Both the position numbers and the translations under genes were made by a program. A stretch of 64,000 nucleotides of DNA from IMG/VR virus record IMGVR_UViG_3300033182_000980, positions 186,001-250,000 of that record; one strand, given 5' to 3'. How positions within the stretch are numbered: position 1 is the first letter of the stretch; the number at the start of each line of letters is the position of its first letter. Under the pieces are notes generated by a model. It did no database searches. It saw only the letters and a list, made by a program, of their open reading frames with translations, and was not told where the DNA came from. This document shows positions 8,264 through 16,517 of the stretch, one piece after another.

Positions 8264-8416
8264 GTTAGTGATTGTATCCCCTGTTCCCGATATGTGTATC
8301 TCCCATTGGGAGTCCGAAGAAGAAGGGTGACAGGACATATAGGGGGCAGAACTCCTTTGATCTGTTTGGTTTTCACCCTTTCTCAAACAGCTAGGAAACA
8401 GGACACAATCGCTTGC
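8264..8416 (+). ncRNA. Candidate structured ncRNA (rod with central bubble, 6S-RNA-like topology)
   Basis: About 20-bp closing helix 8264-8287/8394-8416, inner helix AAGGGTGA 8323-8330/TCACCCTT 8373-8380, apical stem 8341-8357; begins 9 nt after a class-L motif. Paired by eye. Confidence 0.55.
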
Positions 8417-8435
8417 TCATACAAGGACTTATCCC

Positions 8436-8723
8436 ATGTCAGATAAAGAACCAGAAATAGACCCGATAGAAATTGAGATCAACCTCTTACATGAGTTGAT
8501 CGAGGACAACATCCTCATAGTCATTCATAGGAACGGTATGTCCATTATGATGAATGAAGATGAGGAGGATAGAACCGAAGAACAGATGAGGCTATTTTCT
8601 CGCCTCTATGTAGCGGCTAACCCTAGCTTTGTCCTTCGGTTCTTTTTGATCTTAGAGGTTTTCTTGCTCTTAACTTGGGAGACTCTAGCCTATTTCTACG
8701 AAACAAAGATCAAGAAAAGGTAA
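8436..8723 (+). CDS. Small acidic protein with a C-terminal hydrophobic segment
   Basis: AAGGA RBS; FVLRFFLILEVFLLLTW is a probable TM helix. Confidence 0.6.
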   Translation: MSDKEPEIDPIEIEINLLHELIEDNILIVIHRNGMSIMMNEDEEDRTEEQMRLFSRLYVAANPSFVLRFFLILEVFLLLTWETLAYFYETKIKKR

Positions 8724-8789
8724 GAGTCTCACCTCCAAATTGTATAAGGGTAGTGTTCACATTAACCCTTAACCACATGGAGGTCGCAC

Positions 8790-9260
8790 ATGAGCGATAA
8801 GTGGAAAGCAGGACCAGAAGTCCAAGAGCAGATCAATCATCTCATCGGAAACGCACACCCTCATCTCGTAGACATTATGGATGACATCGTAGTCATCTTC
8901 AAAGAGAAGTGTTCACGCAAGGGTGGTCGCCCTATTCTCGGTAAAACCTCGAAAGCACCGGCTATCTTGTCAGTGCTTGGGGAGCATACCTACGAGTTTG
9001 TCATTGAGCTTGGAGCAGACTGTTGGAACAATCTCAATGAGGCACAGCGTCTTGCTCTCCTCGATCACCTTCTCTGCTTCATCGGTGGTGAGGAGGACGA
9101 GAAGTCGGGTGAGATGAAGTATTTCCTCTCCACTCCCGATGTCTACTATTTCTCTGAAGAGGTAGAGCGTAATGGGAGCTGGCGAGAGGACATGATGCCC
9201 GATGGTGTACCCGAAGAAGAAGAAGGCTCGGACGCACCCCTTCTTGACCCTATCGGTTAA
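8790..9260 (+). CDS. Phage metallopeptidase-like protein, catalytic motif degenerate
   Basis: GGAGG RBS; LGKTSK...YEFVIEL..DCW..L...QR.ALLDH pattern; the expected HELxH reads HLLCF. Confidence 0.6.
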   Translation: MSDKWKAGPEVQEQINHLIGNAHPHLVDIMDDIVVIFKEKCSRKGGRPILGKTSKAPAILSVLGEHTYEFVIELGADCWNNLNEAQRLALLDHLLCFIGGEEDEKSGEMKYFLSTPDVYYFSEEVERNGSWREDMMPDGVPEEEEGSDAPLLDPIG

Positions 9261-9281
9261 CAATGAGGAAGAAGCTCGTTT

Positions 9282-9608
9282 TCACATACGAGCTTCAAAT
9301 TCCCTACTGCTTTTTCTATATACTTTACCCACCGACATAGTGTCCATTGATTCGTCACTCCATGAATCAAGAGATACTTTAACGGCCTTATTTCCTTTTA
9401 AGGGTACTTCTAAGACGATCTTCCCCCCTCTTGACATTTCAAAAGGTTCAAGGTCAGTATTTACATTTTCGTTAGTTAAAATCGACACTTGATTCTTAAA
9501 AACCCTCATTAGATATGAGTCTTTGAGGTCAACTTTGCTCGCTTGACGCTCTAATCGAGCGATACGAGCTTCAAGATTTCTGATTATTTCTGACGCTGAT
9601 CTTCTCAT
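9282..9608 (-). CDS. Leader-bearing hypothetical protein
   Basis: MRRSASEIIRNLEARIARLERQA; AAGGA RBS. Confidence 0.75.
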   Translation of the reverse strand: MRRSASEIIRNLEARIARLERQASKVDLKDSYLMRVFKNQVSILTNENVNTDLEPFEMSRGGKIVLEVPLKGNKAVKVSLDSWSDESMDTMSVGKVYRKSSREFEARM

Positions 9609-9663
9609 GGTCTGTTCCTTTCATGTAAGAACGATGGTATAAAAAACACATCTAATGTTGACA

Positions 9664-9678
9664 ATAAATAAACTACAA
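9664..9678 (-). promoter_or_regulatory. Class-L promoter motif TTGTAGTTTATTTAT
   Basis: Motif match 56 nt upstream of the ATG at 9608. Confidence 0.5.
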
Positions 9679-9694
9679 ATAAAAGGAGTTTCAA

Positions 9695-10162
9695 ATGAAG
9701 TACACACGCATGGAAACTGTTGACGGACAAGAGCAGAAGCTCGTTGTCACTCTTGATGAGATCGTTCGCCTTGTAGGTGAGGATGGTGTTTATCAATACA
9801 TCACAGAAGGTGGCTGGGAAGTGTTCTCTGATGAGACATTCAACAACTATCAACAAGCTACAGCACAGACTGCCAAGTACCCACCCGACCAAGCCCTTGA
9901 GTACCTTTCACTCGGTATTGCAAGTGAAGCAGGCGAGGTTGCTGGTAAGATGAAGAAGTGGATTCGTGATGGGGATAGCAAGATGACTCGTGAGGAGTGG
10001 GTTCAAGCTATGTCATCAGAAATCGGTGATGTGCTTTGGTACGCCGCTCGCCTCGCTGATGAGCTTGGTCTAAGCCTCTCACAGATTGCAGAGGACAATA
10101 TGGATAAGCTCTTAGACCGTAAGGCGAGGGGTGTTATCGGAGGTAGTGGGGATAACCGTTAA
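9695..10162 (+). CDS. MazG-like nucleoside triphosphate pyrophosphohydrolase with an N-terminal extension
   Basis: LGIASEAGEVAGKMKKWIRD...EIGDVLWY...N.DKL..RK.RGVI.GSGDNR, the canonical MazG-like/NTP-PPase signature. Confidence 0.9.
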   Translation: MKYTRMETVDGQEQKLVVTLDEIVRLVGEDGVYQYITEGGWEVFSDETFNNYQQATAQTAKYPPDQALEYLSLGIASEAGEVAGKMKKWIRDGDSKMTREEWVQAMSSEIGDVLWYAARLADELGLSLSQIAEDNMDKLLDRKARGVIGGSGDNR

Positions 10163-10165
10163 GGT

Positions 10166-10648
10166 TTACCCAATCCACCTTGTCAGATCGCCCCAGTCTA
10201 ACCAGACTCTCTTTTTCTTAGGGTCAATTTTGATGCCGAGAGCTGAACCTATACTAGTACGATCTCGCTCATCAAAGTTGAATGGGATGCTTATGGTGTT
10301 TGGTCTACCCCCTCCACCAAACGATGGGAAACCTCTTAGTGCCATAAAGTGTTGAGCACCAGCTTGCTTAAACCATTCATCTGCACCAGTGTGAGTTTGT
10401 ACATACCCATAAACAGTCACTGTTCTGCCATTTTTTGGGTTTTCAAAAGTGACATCCACATTATTAAGGCTTTTTACTTCAACATCGACAACTTCAAATA
10501 GACCTGCATCGGTCTTGTAAAGGAGTCTCTCTAACTCTTGGAGGGTTAGTCTATTGTCCTTAAAGATGTCAAAGATACCTGCTTGCTTTTCAAGCTGTGT
10601 AACTCTTGACTCAAGGTCATGGATGATTTCTGATGCAGTTCTTTTCAT
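10166..10648 (-). CDS. Leader-bearing hypothetical protein
   Basis: MKRTASEIIHDLESRVTQLEKQA. Confidence 0.75.
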   Translation of the reverse strand: MKRTASEIIHDLESRVTQLEKQAGIFDIFKDNRLTLQELERLLYKTDAGLFEVVDVEVKSLNNVDVTFENPKNGRTVTVYGYVQTHTGADEWFKQAGAQHFMALRGFPSFGGGGRPNTISIPFNFDERDRTSIGSALGIKIDPKKKRVWLDWGDLTRWIG

Positions 10649-10691
10649 GGTAGGTTCTCCATAGGTTTGAGTTAATACCTATGGGGAGACA

Positions 10692-10706
10692 ATAAATAGG
10701 TTATTA
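10692..10706 (-). promoter_or_regulatory. Class-L motif over a stop codon, with anti-SD hairpin (10659-10684)
   Basis: TAATAACCTATTTAT; CCATAGGT/ACCTATGG 8-bp stem. Confidence 0.6.
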
Positions 10707-11372
10707 AAATCTGACCCTATACTTTTTGAGGGTCGGGGTCATACCTTTTTCAACGCTCTTAGCAATGGATACAACCTCTTCAGCTAATCTTACATTCTCT
10801 TCTGTCGAGTCGAGTCTCTTTACAAGACTGAGGCTAAGTTCGCTCCCTCCCTTAGACCAGTCATTTAGACGGTCTTGGAAATGATTTTTTAGTTCCACAT
10901 AAAGAGGATCGGGATCATACCCCGTAGCCCCTTGTGTGAATAACTCTATATTCATGGTTAGAGGAGAGTCTTCTTCTTCTCGCAAGTGTAGGAAAAACTG
11001 AGTGTCTTGCGATTGGAAGTGAAGCAGAGTTATCTCATCTTCATCAAGAATGTCATAGTATTGGTAGGGAACATCGCCAAGTTCAATCAACTCTATGACA
11101 GATTTCTCAACTTTGATGGGTGCAACTAAAGAGAATGTCCCTTGAGCTGACATCATCTTGTTATTTTGTTTGAGCTTGAAGTCAGTTATTTGAAACTGAA
11201 CTGTCCCATCAAACATATCTTGAAGCTCACCCTCTAACTCAGAGGACATTTCATCTTGAGTGAGCTTGGAAGGAACTTTGAAGTCATCAATGATGTAGTT
11301 TCTGCTCGCTTGTTTTTCAAGACGAGCGAGCCTACGCTCAAGACCTCGAATGATTTCTGATGCTTTTTTCAT
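10704..11372 (-). CDS. Leader-bearing acidic hypothetical protein
   Basis: MKKASEIIRGLERRLARLEKQA. Confidence 0.75.
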   Translation of the reverse strand: MKKASEIIRGLERRLARLEKQASRNYIIDDFKVPSKLTQDEMSSELEGELQDMFDGTVQFQITDFKLKQNNKMMSAQGTFSLVAPIKVEKSVIELIELGDVPYQYYDILDEDEITLLHFQSQDTQFFLHLREEEDSPLTMNIELFTQGATGYDPDPLYVELKNHFQDRLNDWSKGGSELSLSLVKRLDSTEENVRLAEEVVSIAKSVEKGMTPTLKKYRVRF

Positions 11373-11424
11373 ATTGGCTCTCCATTTGGTTAATACCTAT
11401 GGAGAGCCAATAAAAAAACTATTA
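11373..11424 (-). promoter_or_regulatory. Class-L motif (11410-11424) plus perfect 13-bp anti-SD hairpin abutting the ATG
   Basis: ATTGGCTCTCCAT (11399-11411 on minus) pairs with ATGGAGAGCCAAT (11373-11385), which contains the GGAG RBS. Confidence 0.75.
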
Positions 11425-11775
11425 CTCCTCAGCACCTGCCATGTCAGCAGACCCACCCTCGACTGCCATATCGGTAGTCTCCTCAACTCCACCCTCTGAC
11501 CTTGCGTCTACAGTCATGTCCTCTACACCCATGTCGGTCATGTCTGTACCCGCTTCAACAGTAGCATCCATCTCCATGCCTGCTTCTGTGGTTGAGCCAC
11601 CGTCAGTAGCTCCACCTTCAGCTCCTGCATCAGTTCCTGCATCCATACCACCCTCAGAACCACCCATCTCCATGCCTGCCATATCGCCAGCTACAGGAGT
11701 CTCGGTGGTTTCTTTATCCTTGTCGCAAGCGATAAGGGTAAGAGCAATAACTGCAATGGTAAGTAGATTTCTCAT
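11422..11775 (-). CDS. Predicted lipoprotein with acidic Gly/Met/Asp-rich low-complexity body
   Basis: Signal peptide MRNLLTIAVIALTLIAC with lipobox LIAC. Confidence 0.8.
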   Translation of the reverse strand: MRNLLTIAVIALTLIACDKDKETTETPVAGDMAGMEMGGSEGGMDAGTDAGAEGGATDGGSTTEAGMEMDATVEAGTDMTDMGVEDMTVDARSEGGVEETTDMAVEGGSADMAGAEE

Positions 11776-11777
11776 GG

Positions 11778-11830
11778 TATATACCTTTCGTTGTTAAGTG
11801 TTTGAAAGAAGGTATATAAAGAAACTACAA
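11778..11830 (-). promoter_or_regulatory. Class-L motif (11816-11830) plus 10-bp anti-SD hairpin
   Basis: TTGTAGTTTCTTTAT; TATATACCTT/AAGGTATATA stem. Confidence 0.65.
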
Positions 11831-11857
11831 AAGTTATTCAAATTTAACTGATAAAGG

Positions 11858-12790
11858 TTATAGGGGCAAGTACCGAGTTCTAGCGTATCGGGCAGACTTG
11901 CTTCCAAAACCAAACCATGACTTGAGTTTACTCACTCCAGTGTTCAAAGCGTCCATCACACCTCGACTTATACTTCTAAATCCACCTAAAAGTTTGTCTT
12001 TAAGCTCTGTAATCTTAACCCCTGTTCGCTGAATAAAGGGTAAGAAATACTTAAAGAAAAAGTTGGCAACTTTAGAGGTAGCCCACCCTAAAACTCTTAG
12101 GGCTAGATAAGCACAAAGCATGATACCCATGACTTTAACTGATCCAAGAGTAATAGCTCCCCACAAAGTCTTGGCAACAGCTCCTCCAGAAGCAAAGACA
12201 GCGATAGCGGCTGCACAAGTATAAACCACGAAAAACATTAGAATCGACCCTAGAGCGTTAAACTCATCTCCAGTATAGTATCGTTTCCCCCCCAAATTGA
12301 GGTGAGCACCCTCAATCGGAGTTCCCTTTTGCTGGAATAATTGTTCTTCGATTTGTTTATGACCCTTATAGAGCCAAGCATAAAAACCTATGGGGTCGTC
12401 CGAGTTATGTCGCTTAATACATTCATCAATGTAGGCATACTTAGCCTTGATTGAGTTTCTGCGATCAATCTCCTCTTTGATCTTTTGGATCTGAGGATTC
12501 TTATCATTGATGATCTTGTCCATGTTCTTATAGGCATTCATAATATCTCTTGGTGAGTTAATGCCAGCCTTCTTCATAGCAATCACAAAACTGCTTGGGA
12601 CATCCTCAAGTTCATTATCAAGCCCTTCTGCAAGCCCAACGAAAGCTGTTTCGATAGTAGCTTTCTCGACCTTATCTGCTTGGTTTGAAGTCTTGATGAC
12701 TCGACCAAGATTGTTGATGTAGGCTTGTTTTTCAAGGCTTGCGACTCGGATCTCAAGATCACGAATATATTGGTGTGCTGTCTTTCTCAT
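11858..12790 (-). CDS. Leader-bearing protein with a C-terminal hydrophobic hairpin (start corrected to MRKTAH)
   Basis: GGAGA RBS before the ATG at 12790; MRKTAHQYIRDLEIRVASLEKQA; two long hydrophobic Gly/Ala-rich segments. Confidence 0.7.
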   Translation of the reverse strand: MRKTAHQYIRDLEIRVASLEKQAYINNLGRVIKTSNQADKVEKATIETAFVGLAEGLDNELEDVPSSFVIAMKKAGINSPRDIMNAYKNMDKIINDKNPQIQKIKEEIDRRNSIKAKYAYIDECIKRHNSDDPIGFYAWLYKGHKQIEEQLFQQKGTPIEGAHLNLGGKRYYTGDEFNALGSILMFFVVYTCAAAIAVFASGGAVAKTLWGAITLGSVKVMGIMLCAYLALRVLGWATSKVANFFFKYFLPFIQRTGVKITELKDKLLGGFRSISRGVMDALNTGVSKLKSWFGFGSKSARYARTRYLPL

Positions 12791-12839
12791 GTTCTTTTCT
12801 CCATAGGTAGAATTAAGGTAAGGACACATATCTCAGAAT

Positions 12840-12854
12840 ATAAAGAGCCTATAA
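12840..12854 (-). promoter_or_regulatory. Class-L motif variant TTATAGGCTCTTTAT
   Basis: Motif match 50 nt upstream of 12790. Confidence 0.45.
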
Positions 12855-12901
12855 ATGTTTTAGACTCTTTATATTTCTCCTTAGCAAAAACTGAGGTGAT
12901 T

Positions 12902-13585
12902 ATGAGACTTGTTTGTATTTCAGACACCCACAATCAGCATGATGAACTTGATTTACCCGATGGAGATGTCCTAATCCACGCAGGGGATTGGACAGGCACA
13001 GGTACGCAGAAGCAAGTGATCTCATTTATAAGGTGGTTTGCGAGCCAACCCCATAAGCATAAGATACTGATTGCAGGAAACCATGAAGTGACTCTCGATA
13101 AGTCATTCTATCAGATCAACTGGCCTAGATTTCATCCGAAGCAACCCCACAGATCACATGACATAGCTAACTATGTGTTGAGGGAAGAGGGCATCTACTA
13201 TCTTGAGGACACAGAAGTGGTCATAGAGGGTGTTAAGTTTTATGGTAGCCCTTGTCAGCCCTCATTTGGTGGTTGGGCTTTTAATGTGGATAGAGGCTTA
13301 CCAATCCGAGCTGTGTGGGGCAATATACCAGAAGATACTGATGTGTTGATCACACATGGACCGCCATATGGGTATGGAGATAAGTTAGCCATTGGAGAGC
13401 GTGTGGGCTGTAAGGATTTACTCGATGAGATCACTACAAGGGTACGCCCTAAAGTCCATGTATATGGTCATATCCATGAGGGTTATGGCACATATGACTT
13501 AGAGGGTATTAAGCTCATTAATCCTGCGAACTGTAATGAGGACTACAAGATTACTAATAAGCCTATCGTGTATGACTTAGAATAG
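12902..13585 (+). CDS. Calcineurin-like metallophosphoesterase (MPPED-like)
   Basis: ISDTH, HAGD, AGNHE, LITHGPP, GHIHE motifs; start set at MRLVCISD. Confidence 0.92.
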   Translation: MRLVCISDTHNQHDELDLPDGDVLIHAGDWTGTGTQKQVISFIRWFASQPHKHKILIAGNHEVTLDKSFYQINWPRFHPKQPHRSHDIANYVLREEGIYYLEDTEVVIEGVKFYGSPCQPSFGGWAFNVDRGLPIRAVWGNIPEDTDVLITHGPPYGYGDKLAIGERVGCKDLLDEITTRVRPKVHVYGHIHEGYGTYDLEGIKLINPANCNEDYKITNKPIVYDLE

Positions 13586-14152
13586 ATCTTCAGACCAAAC
13601 GATGTACTTGTCTCGCATGAACTCGATATAGGCTTTTGCTCTAGGGTTTCGAGCGAGTCTGATCGCTTTTTCAAAGTCTCCACCCCAAAGAGCTTCAAAC
13701 TTGTCCGACAGACCGTCATCATATTCTGGATCAATCTTAGACAGCCCATCAATATGATCAAGGAGGAAGTCCTCGAACCTCATCTTAGCTACTCTTTTAG
13801 CACTGCTCTGTTTACTAGTGGATGGGAAAGGGGTCGGGTTATATTTAGATGCCATATCGACCATCTCCCTATCCTCATGTGTGAGTCGTTGCCTGTACCA
13901 ATCGCTACCCATAGAGATGAGAGCATAGTTAGTACGATCTAAGGAACGCTCTAACTTTGATAAGTGTCTTGGTAGAGCTTCAAAGTTATCCCCACAACGC
14001 TTGTATATTTCCTCAGCGATTTCTGGACTTTCTTTGATCGCCTCGATCATCTGGTTCATGTGTGTACGAACAATGTGAGCTTCAACTCTCGCAGAGGACA
14101 CCCCTTGAGATAAAATAGACCAAGATGCTTGGCTTGAAGATTTCTTTTTCAT
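13577..14152 (-). CDS. Hypothetical protein
   Basis: AAGGAG RBS; class-L motif upstream; internal AKRVAK leader-like site. Confidence 0.65.
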   Translation of the reverse strand: MKKKSSSQASWSILSQGVSSARVEAHIVRTHMNQMIEAIKESPEIAEEIYKRCGDNFEALPRHLSKLERSLDRTNYALISMGSDWYRQRLTHEDREMVDMASKYNPTPFPSTSKQSSAKRVAKMRFEDFLLDHIDGLSKIDPEYDDGLSDKFEALWGGDFEKAIRLARNPRAKAYIEFMRDKYIVWSEDLF

Positions 14153-14188
14153 TACTATTCTCCTTGTCTCTTGGTCTAAGGCAATATG

Positions 14189-14203
14189 ATAGAAAAACTA
14201 TTA
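14189..14203 (-). promoter_or_regulatory. Class-L motif over a stop codon
   Basis: TAATAGTTTTTCTAT, 37 nt upstream of 14152. Confidence 0.55.
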
Positions 14204-14665
14204 CTCTAGCTCTTCTGGTATATCGAACCTTACTGTCCTTCTATACTTATCCCGATAACCAATCTTAGCTTGGACTTGGTGCTTACAGGGGATCATCTTT
14301 CCTGTTTTGATCTTGTGTATGATTAGCTCGTAATCCATGATCTCACCAGGTAATGCCATGATGATATATGGGTTAGCTATATCTGTCGGGAGGTCTTTAG
14401 GATCGACTACAAGTACAACGGCTGTTGGTGTAGAAATCCAACCTTTGATCTGGATCGTTTGACTAGTAGCGAGTATTGAGGTGTATGGTTTTAAGTCGAT
14501 CACAGATCCGTTCGACCCGAATGATTTAAGGACAGCAACAGACCCTTTTTTATTCCAGTAAGAGGGGATCGTGGGAGTGTTAGGTTCTCTTTTCCACCAC
14601 AAGAACAGCTCTTCTGGTTCTCTGATGCAAGCTACTAGGCTAGATACTTTTGTGATTAAATCCAT
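14201..14665 (-). CDS. Hypothetical protein
   Basis: 154-aa ORF coupled (TAATG) to the upstream gene. Confidence 0.6.
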   Translation of the reverse strand: MDLITKVSSLVACIREPEELFLWWKREPNTPTIPSYWNKKGSVAVLKSFGSNGSVIDLKPYTSILATSQTIQIKGWISTPTAVVLVVDPKDLPTDIANPYIIMALPGEIMDYELIIHKIKTGKMIPCKHQVQAKIGYRDKYRRTVRFDIPEELE

Positions 14666-16512
14666 TATCTGATCCTCTTAGGGTGTTTGTACTTGGTCCT
14701 CCAAGACGGCTGTATCTGCTCCATTGCTTCAATGCCAACTTTACTCATTATGTCGGGTTCAAAGACACTACCCAAAGAGATGTTAGTTTTGGCTAACACT
14801 TTGTGTTTAGGGGGGTGTGCATAACCATTTGATTTATCCACAACTAGGTAGGTGTGAGTAGAGTTCATCTCCTCATTTTGATAGAGGAAGATGATGACAT
14901 TCTTGAGAACCTTTATTGTCATCCCTAAAGCAGAAGCAATAGCTCTCGATGCTTCAATAATCGCATCTCCATTGCCTTCTGGAGTAGTCGGGATTGTTGG
15001 TTCGGGAGTCTGATCCACGACTTCTGTTTGAGGAGGCTCTTGGGTAGGCTCTGTAATAACATTCATTGTCCTCCAACGAGGTTTTAGGCTACTCATACGC
15101 TCAAACCCTACACAGACATCTAAGTTATCATTAGAGATGTTTGAGAGGTTCACATTAAGGTTTGGCTTAGACTTCGTTTTAGGAGCGAACAGATTACCTG
15201 TGGCATAGTCTATGAACATATAAGCGTGTGTCGAACCTACAGCTTGATTAGTGTAGACGAACAATCCGTACTTACGACCTTTTTTAAATAGGAGTCCAAG
15301 TCTACTTGCCAATGACTCGGAGATCCTAATCATCTCTTGTTTACTTGGGAGAGTTTCTTCAACTTGCGTGGCTCCGGCTTCTTCAGTTTCACTTGGCACG
15401 AAAATATCTGTAAAGTTTGAGCCGTCGGGTTGATACTCTACGCCGTCAACAATGATACTATTAAACGCTTCTAAGGACTTAGGGTGTAGCTTCCCTACTG
15501 CTTTGTACGATAGAGCTTCACAGAAATGCTCTTCAACATCAGTCATAGCATATTTAGTAGGAAAGATACCAGTTTGTGCCTTGATGTATTCTTTAATGTA
15601 TTTCTCTCTATAAACACCGATCTCACTACCGTCGGGCAATACAAGATAGACTCCATGAGATGTTATCCTAGAAATCTTTACAGGGACACCATCACTAGCT
15701 TTGACCCCTATAGATGTTTTTGAACGCTTCTTTTTGGCATATAGATTGATGTCTTTACCGATCCATTCAGATAGACGAATACGCTGTGCATAATGGCATT
15801 TAAGATCATATCTTCTCCACAGTCTCTTTTTATCTTCGGAGAGGATTTTCTGATAGTATCTATGCCCTATCTCATGGATAAAAGTCTTAATGAACTCTGC
15901 TTTATCCCTATCCATGTACTTCATGGTGATCTCGTCTTTTACCGAGTTGTACCATGCGTACCAGCTTGACCTTCCTAGCTTCTCGACTAGTACGACATCA
16001 CCGTAGAGTGCTTGAGGAAAGTTGGGAGCTAGTGAGTTCGTGCATCGAGACAGGGCTTGAGTGCAAGCCTCTTTCATCTCTTCGACCTTATCTTCACCGA
16101 GATTGATTGGGTTCTTTAGAGTAAAAGGACCGACATCGACTTCGTTTTCCCCTTCTTCTCTTAAAGGGTATCGAAGCAGAGCAAGCATATCATCAATATG
16201 TTTCTTCCTAGCTCTAAGCCAATCTTGAGGGCTGTATCTTCTTGAACGAGGGAGCTTAAGTTTATTCTTAATCGCCCGAACTCTCTTCGACTTATTTTCG
16301 GGGAAATTGATCTTATGGAATAAGAAATCGGCTAAGTGTACTGCAAAGACTAATCCTTTACTTTGCACGAATAATGAAGGGTTGAACCTTGCATCTTCAA
16401 GGACATCAATGGCTTCTAACACAGGGGTGTTGTAGTTAGTGTTTCTTATGAGTCCTTGCCATGTACCTATTTCACATCTGCTTAAGTGACTGTAGCTTGC
16501 GTACCTTCTCAT
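14665..16512 (-). CDS. Zincin metallopeptidase-domain protein with two C-terminal repeats
   Basis: FIHEIGH followed by PTKYA...EEHFCE; two ~75-aa repeats (..STH(A/T)Y(M/L)..D...G....PK); ATG at 16512 with AGGTGG RBS. Confidence 0.75.
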   Translation of the reverse strand: MRRYASYSHLSRCEIGTWQGLIRNTNYNTPVLEAIDVLEDARFNPSLFVQSKGLVFAVHLADFLFHKINFPENKSKRVRAIKNKLKLPRSRRYSPQDWLRARKKHIDDMLALLRYPLREEGENEVDVGPFTLKNPINLGEDKVEEMKEACTQALSRCTNSLAPNFPQALYGDVVLVEKLGRSSWYAWYNSVKDEITMKYMDRDKAEFIKTFIHEIGHRYYQKILSEDKKRLWRRYDLKCHYAQRIRLSEWIGKDINLYAKKKRSKTSIGVKASDGVPVKISRITSHGVYLVLPDGSEIGVYREKYIKEYIKAQTGIFPTKYAMTDVEEHFCEALSYKAVGKLHPKSLEAFNSIIVDGVEYQPDGSNFTDIFVPSETEEAGATQVEETLPSKQEMIRISESLASRLGLLFKKGRKYGLFVYTNQAVGSTHAYMFIDYATGNLFAPKTKSKPNLNVNLSNISNDNLDVCVGFERMSSLKPRWRTMNVITEPTQEPPQTEVVDQTPEPTIPTTPEGNGDAIIEASRAIASALGMTIKVLKNVIIFLYQNEEMNSTHTYLVVDKSNGYAHPPKHKVLAKTNISLGSVFEPDIMSKVGIEAMEQIQPSWRTKYKHPKRIR

Positions 16513-16517
16513 CTTAT

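Noticed and set aside
8256-8435. Known riboswitch or self-cleaving ribozyme in the structured leader
   Set aside because: I recognised no consensus core (hammerhead CUGANGA/GAAA, c-di-GMP, SAM, TPP); it is kept only as an unclassified or 6S-like candidate.
11441-11797. Plus-strand Ser/Pro-rich 118-aa ORF and similar antisense ORFs (e.g. 163..447, 6680..7096, 21698..22060, 41452..41718)
   Set aside because: These are shadow frames of well-supported opposite-strand genes, with no RBS or promoter motif.
14201-14665. Faint resemblance to 2H phosphoesterases (anti-CBASS Acb1-like)
   Set aside because: Both HxT/S catalytic motifs are absent (KPYTSI, NPYIIM); the similarity is too weak to call by eye.
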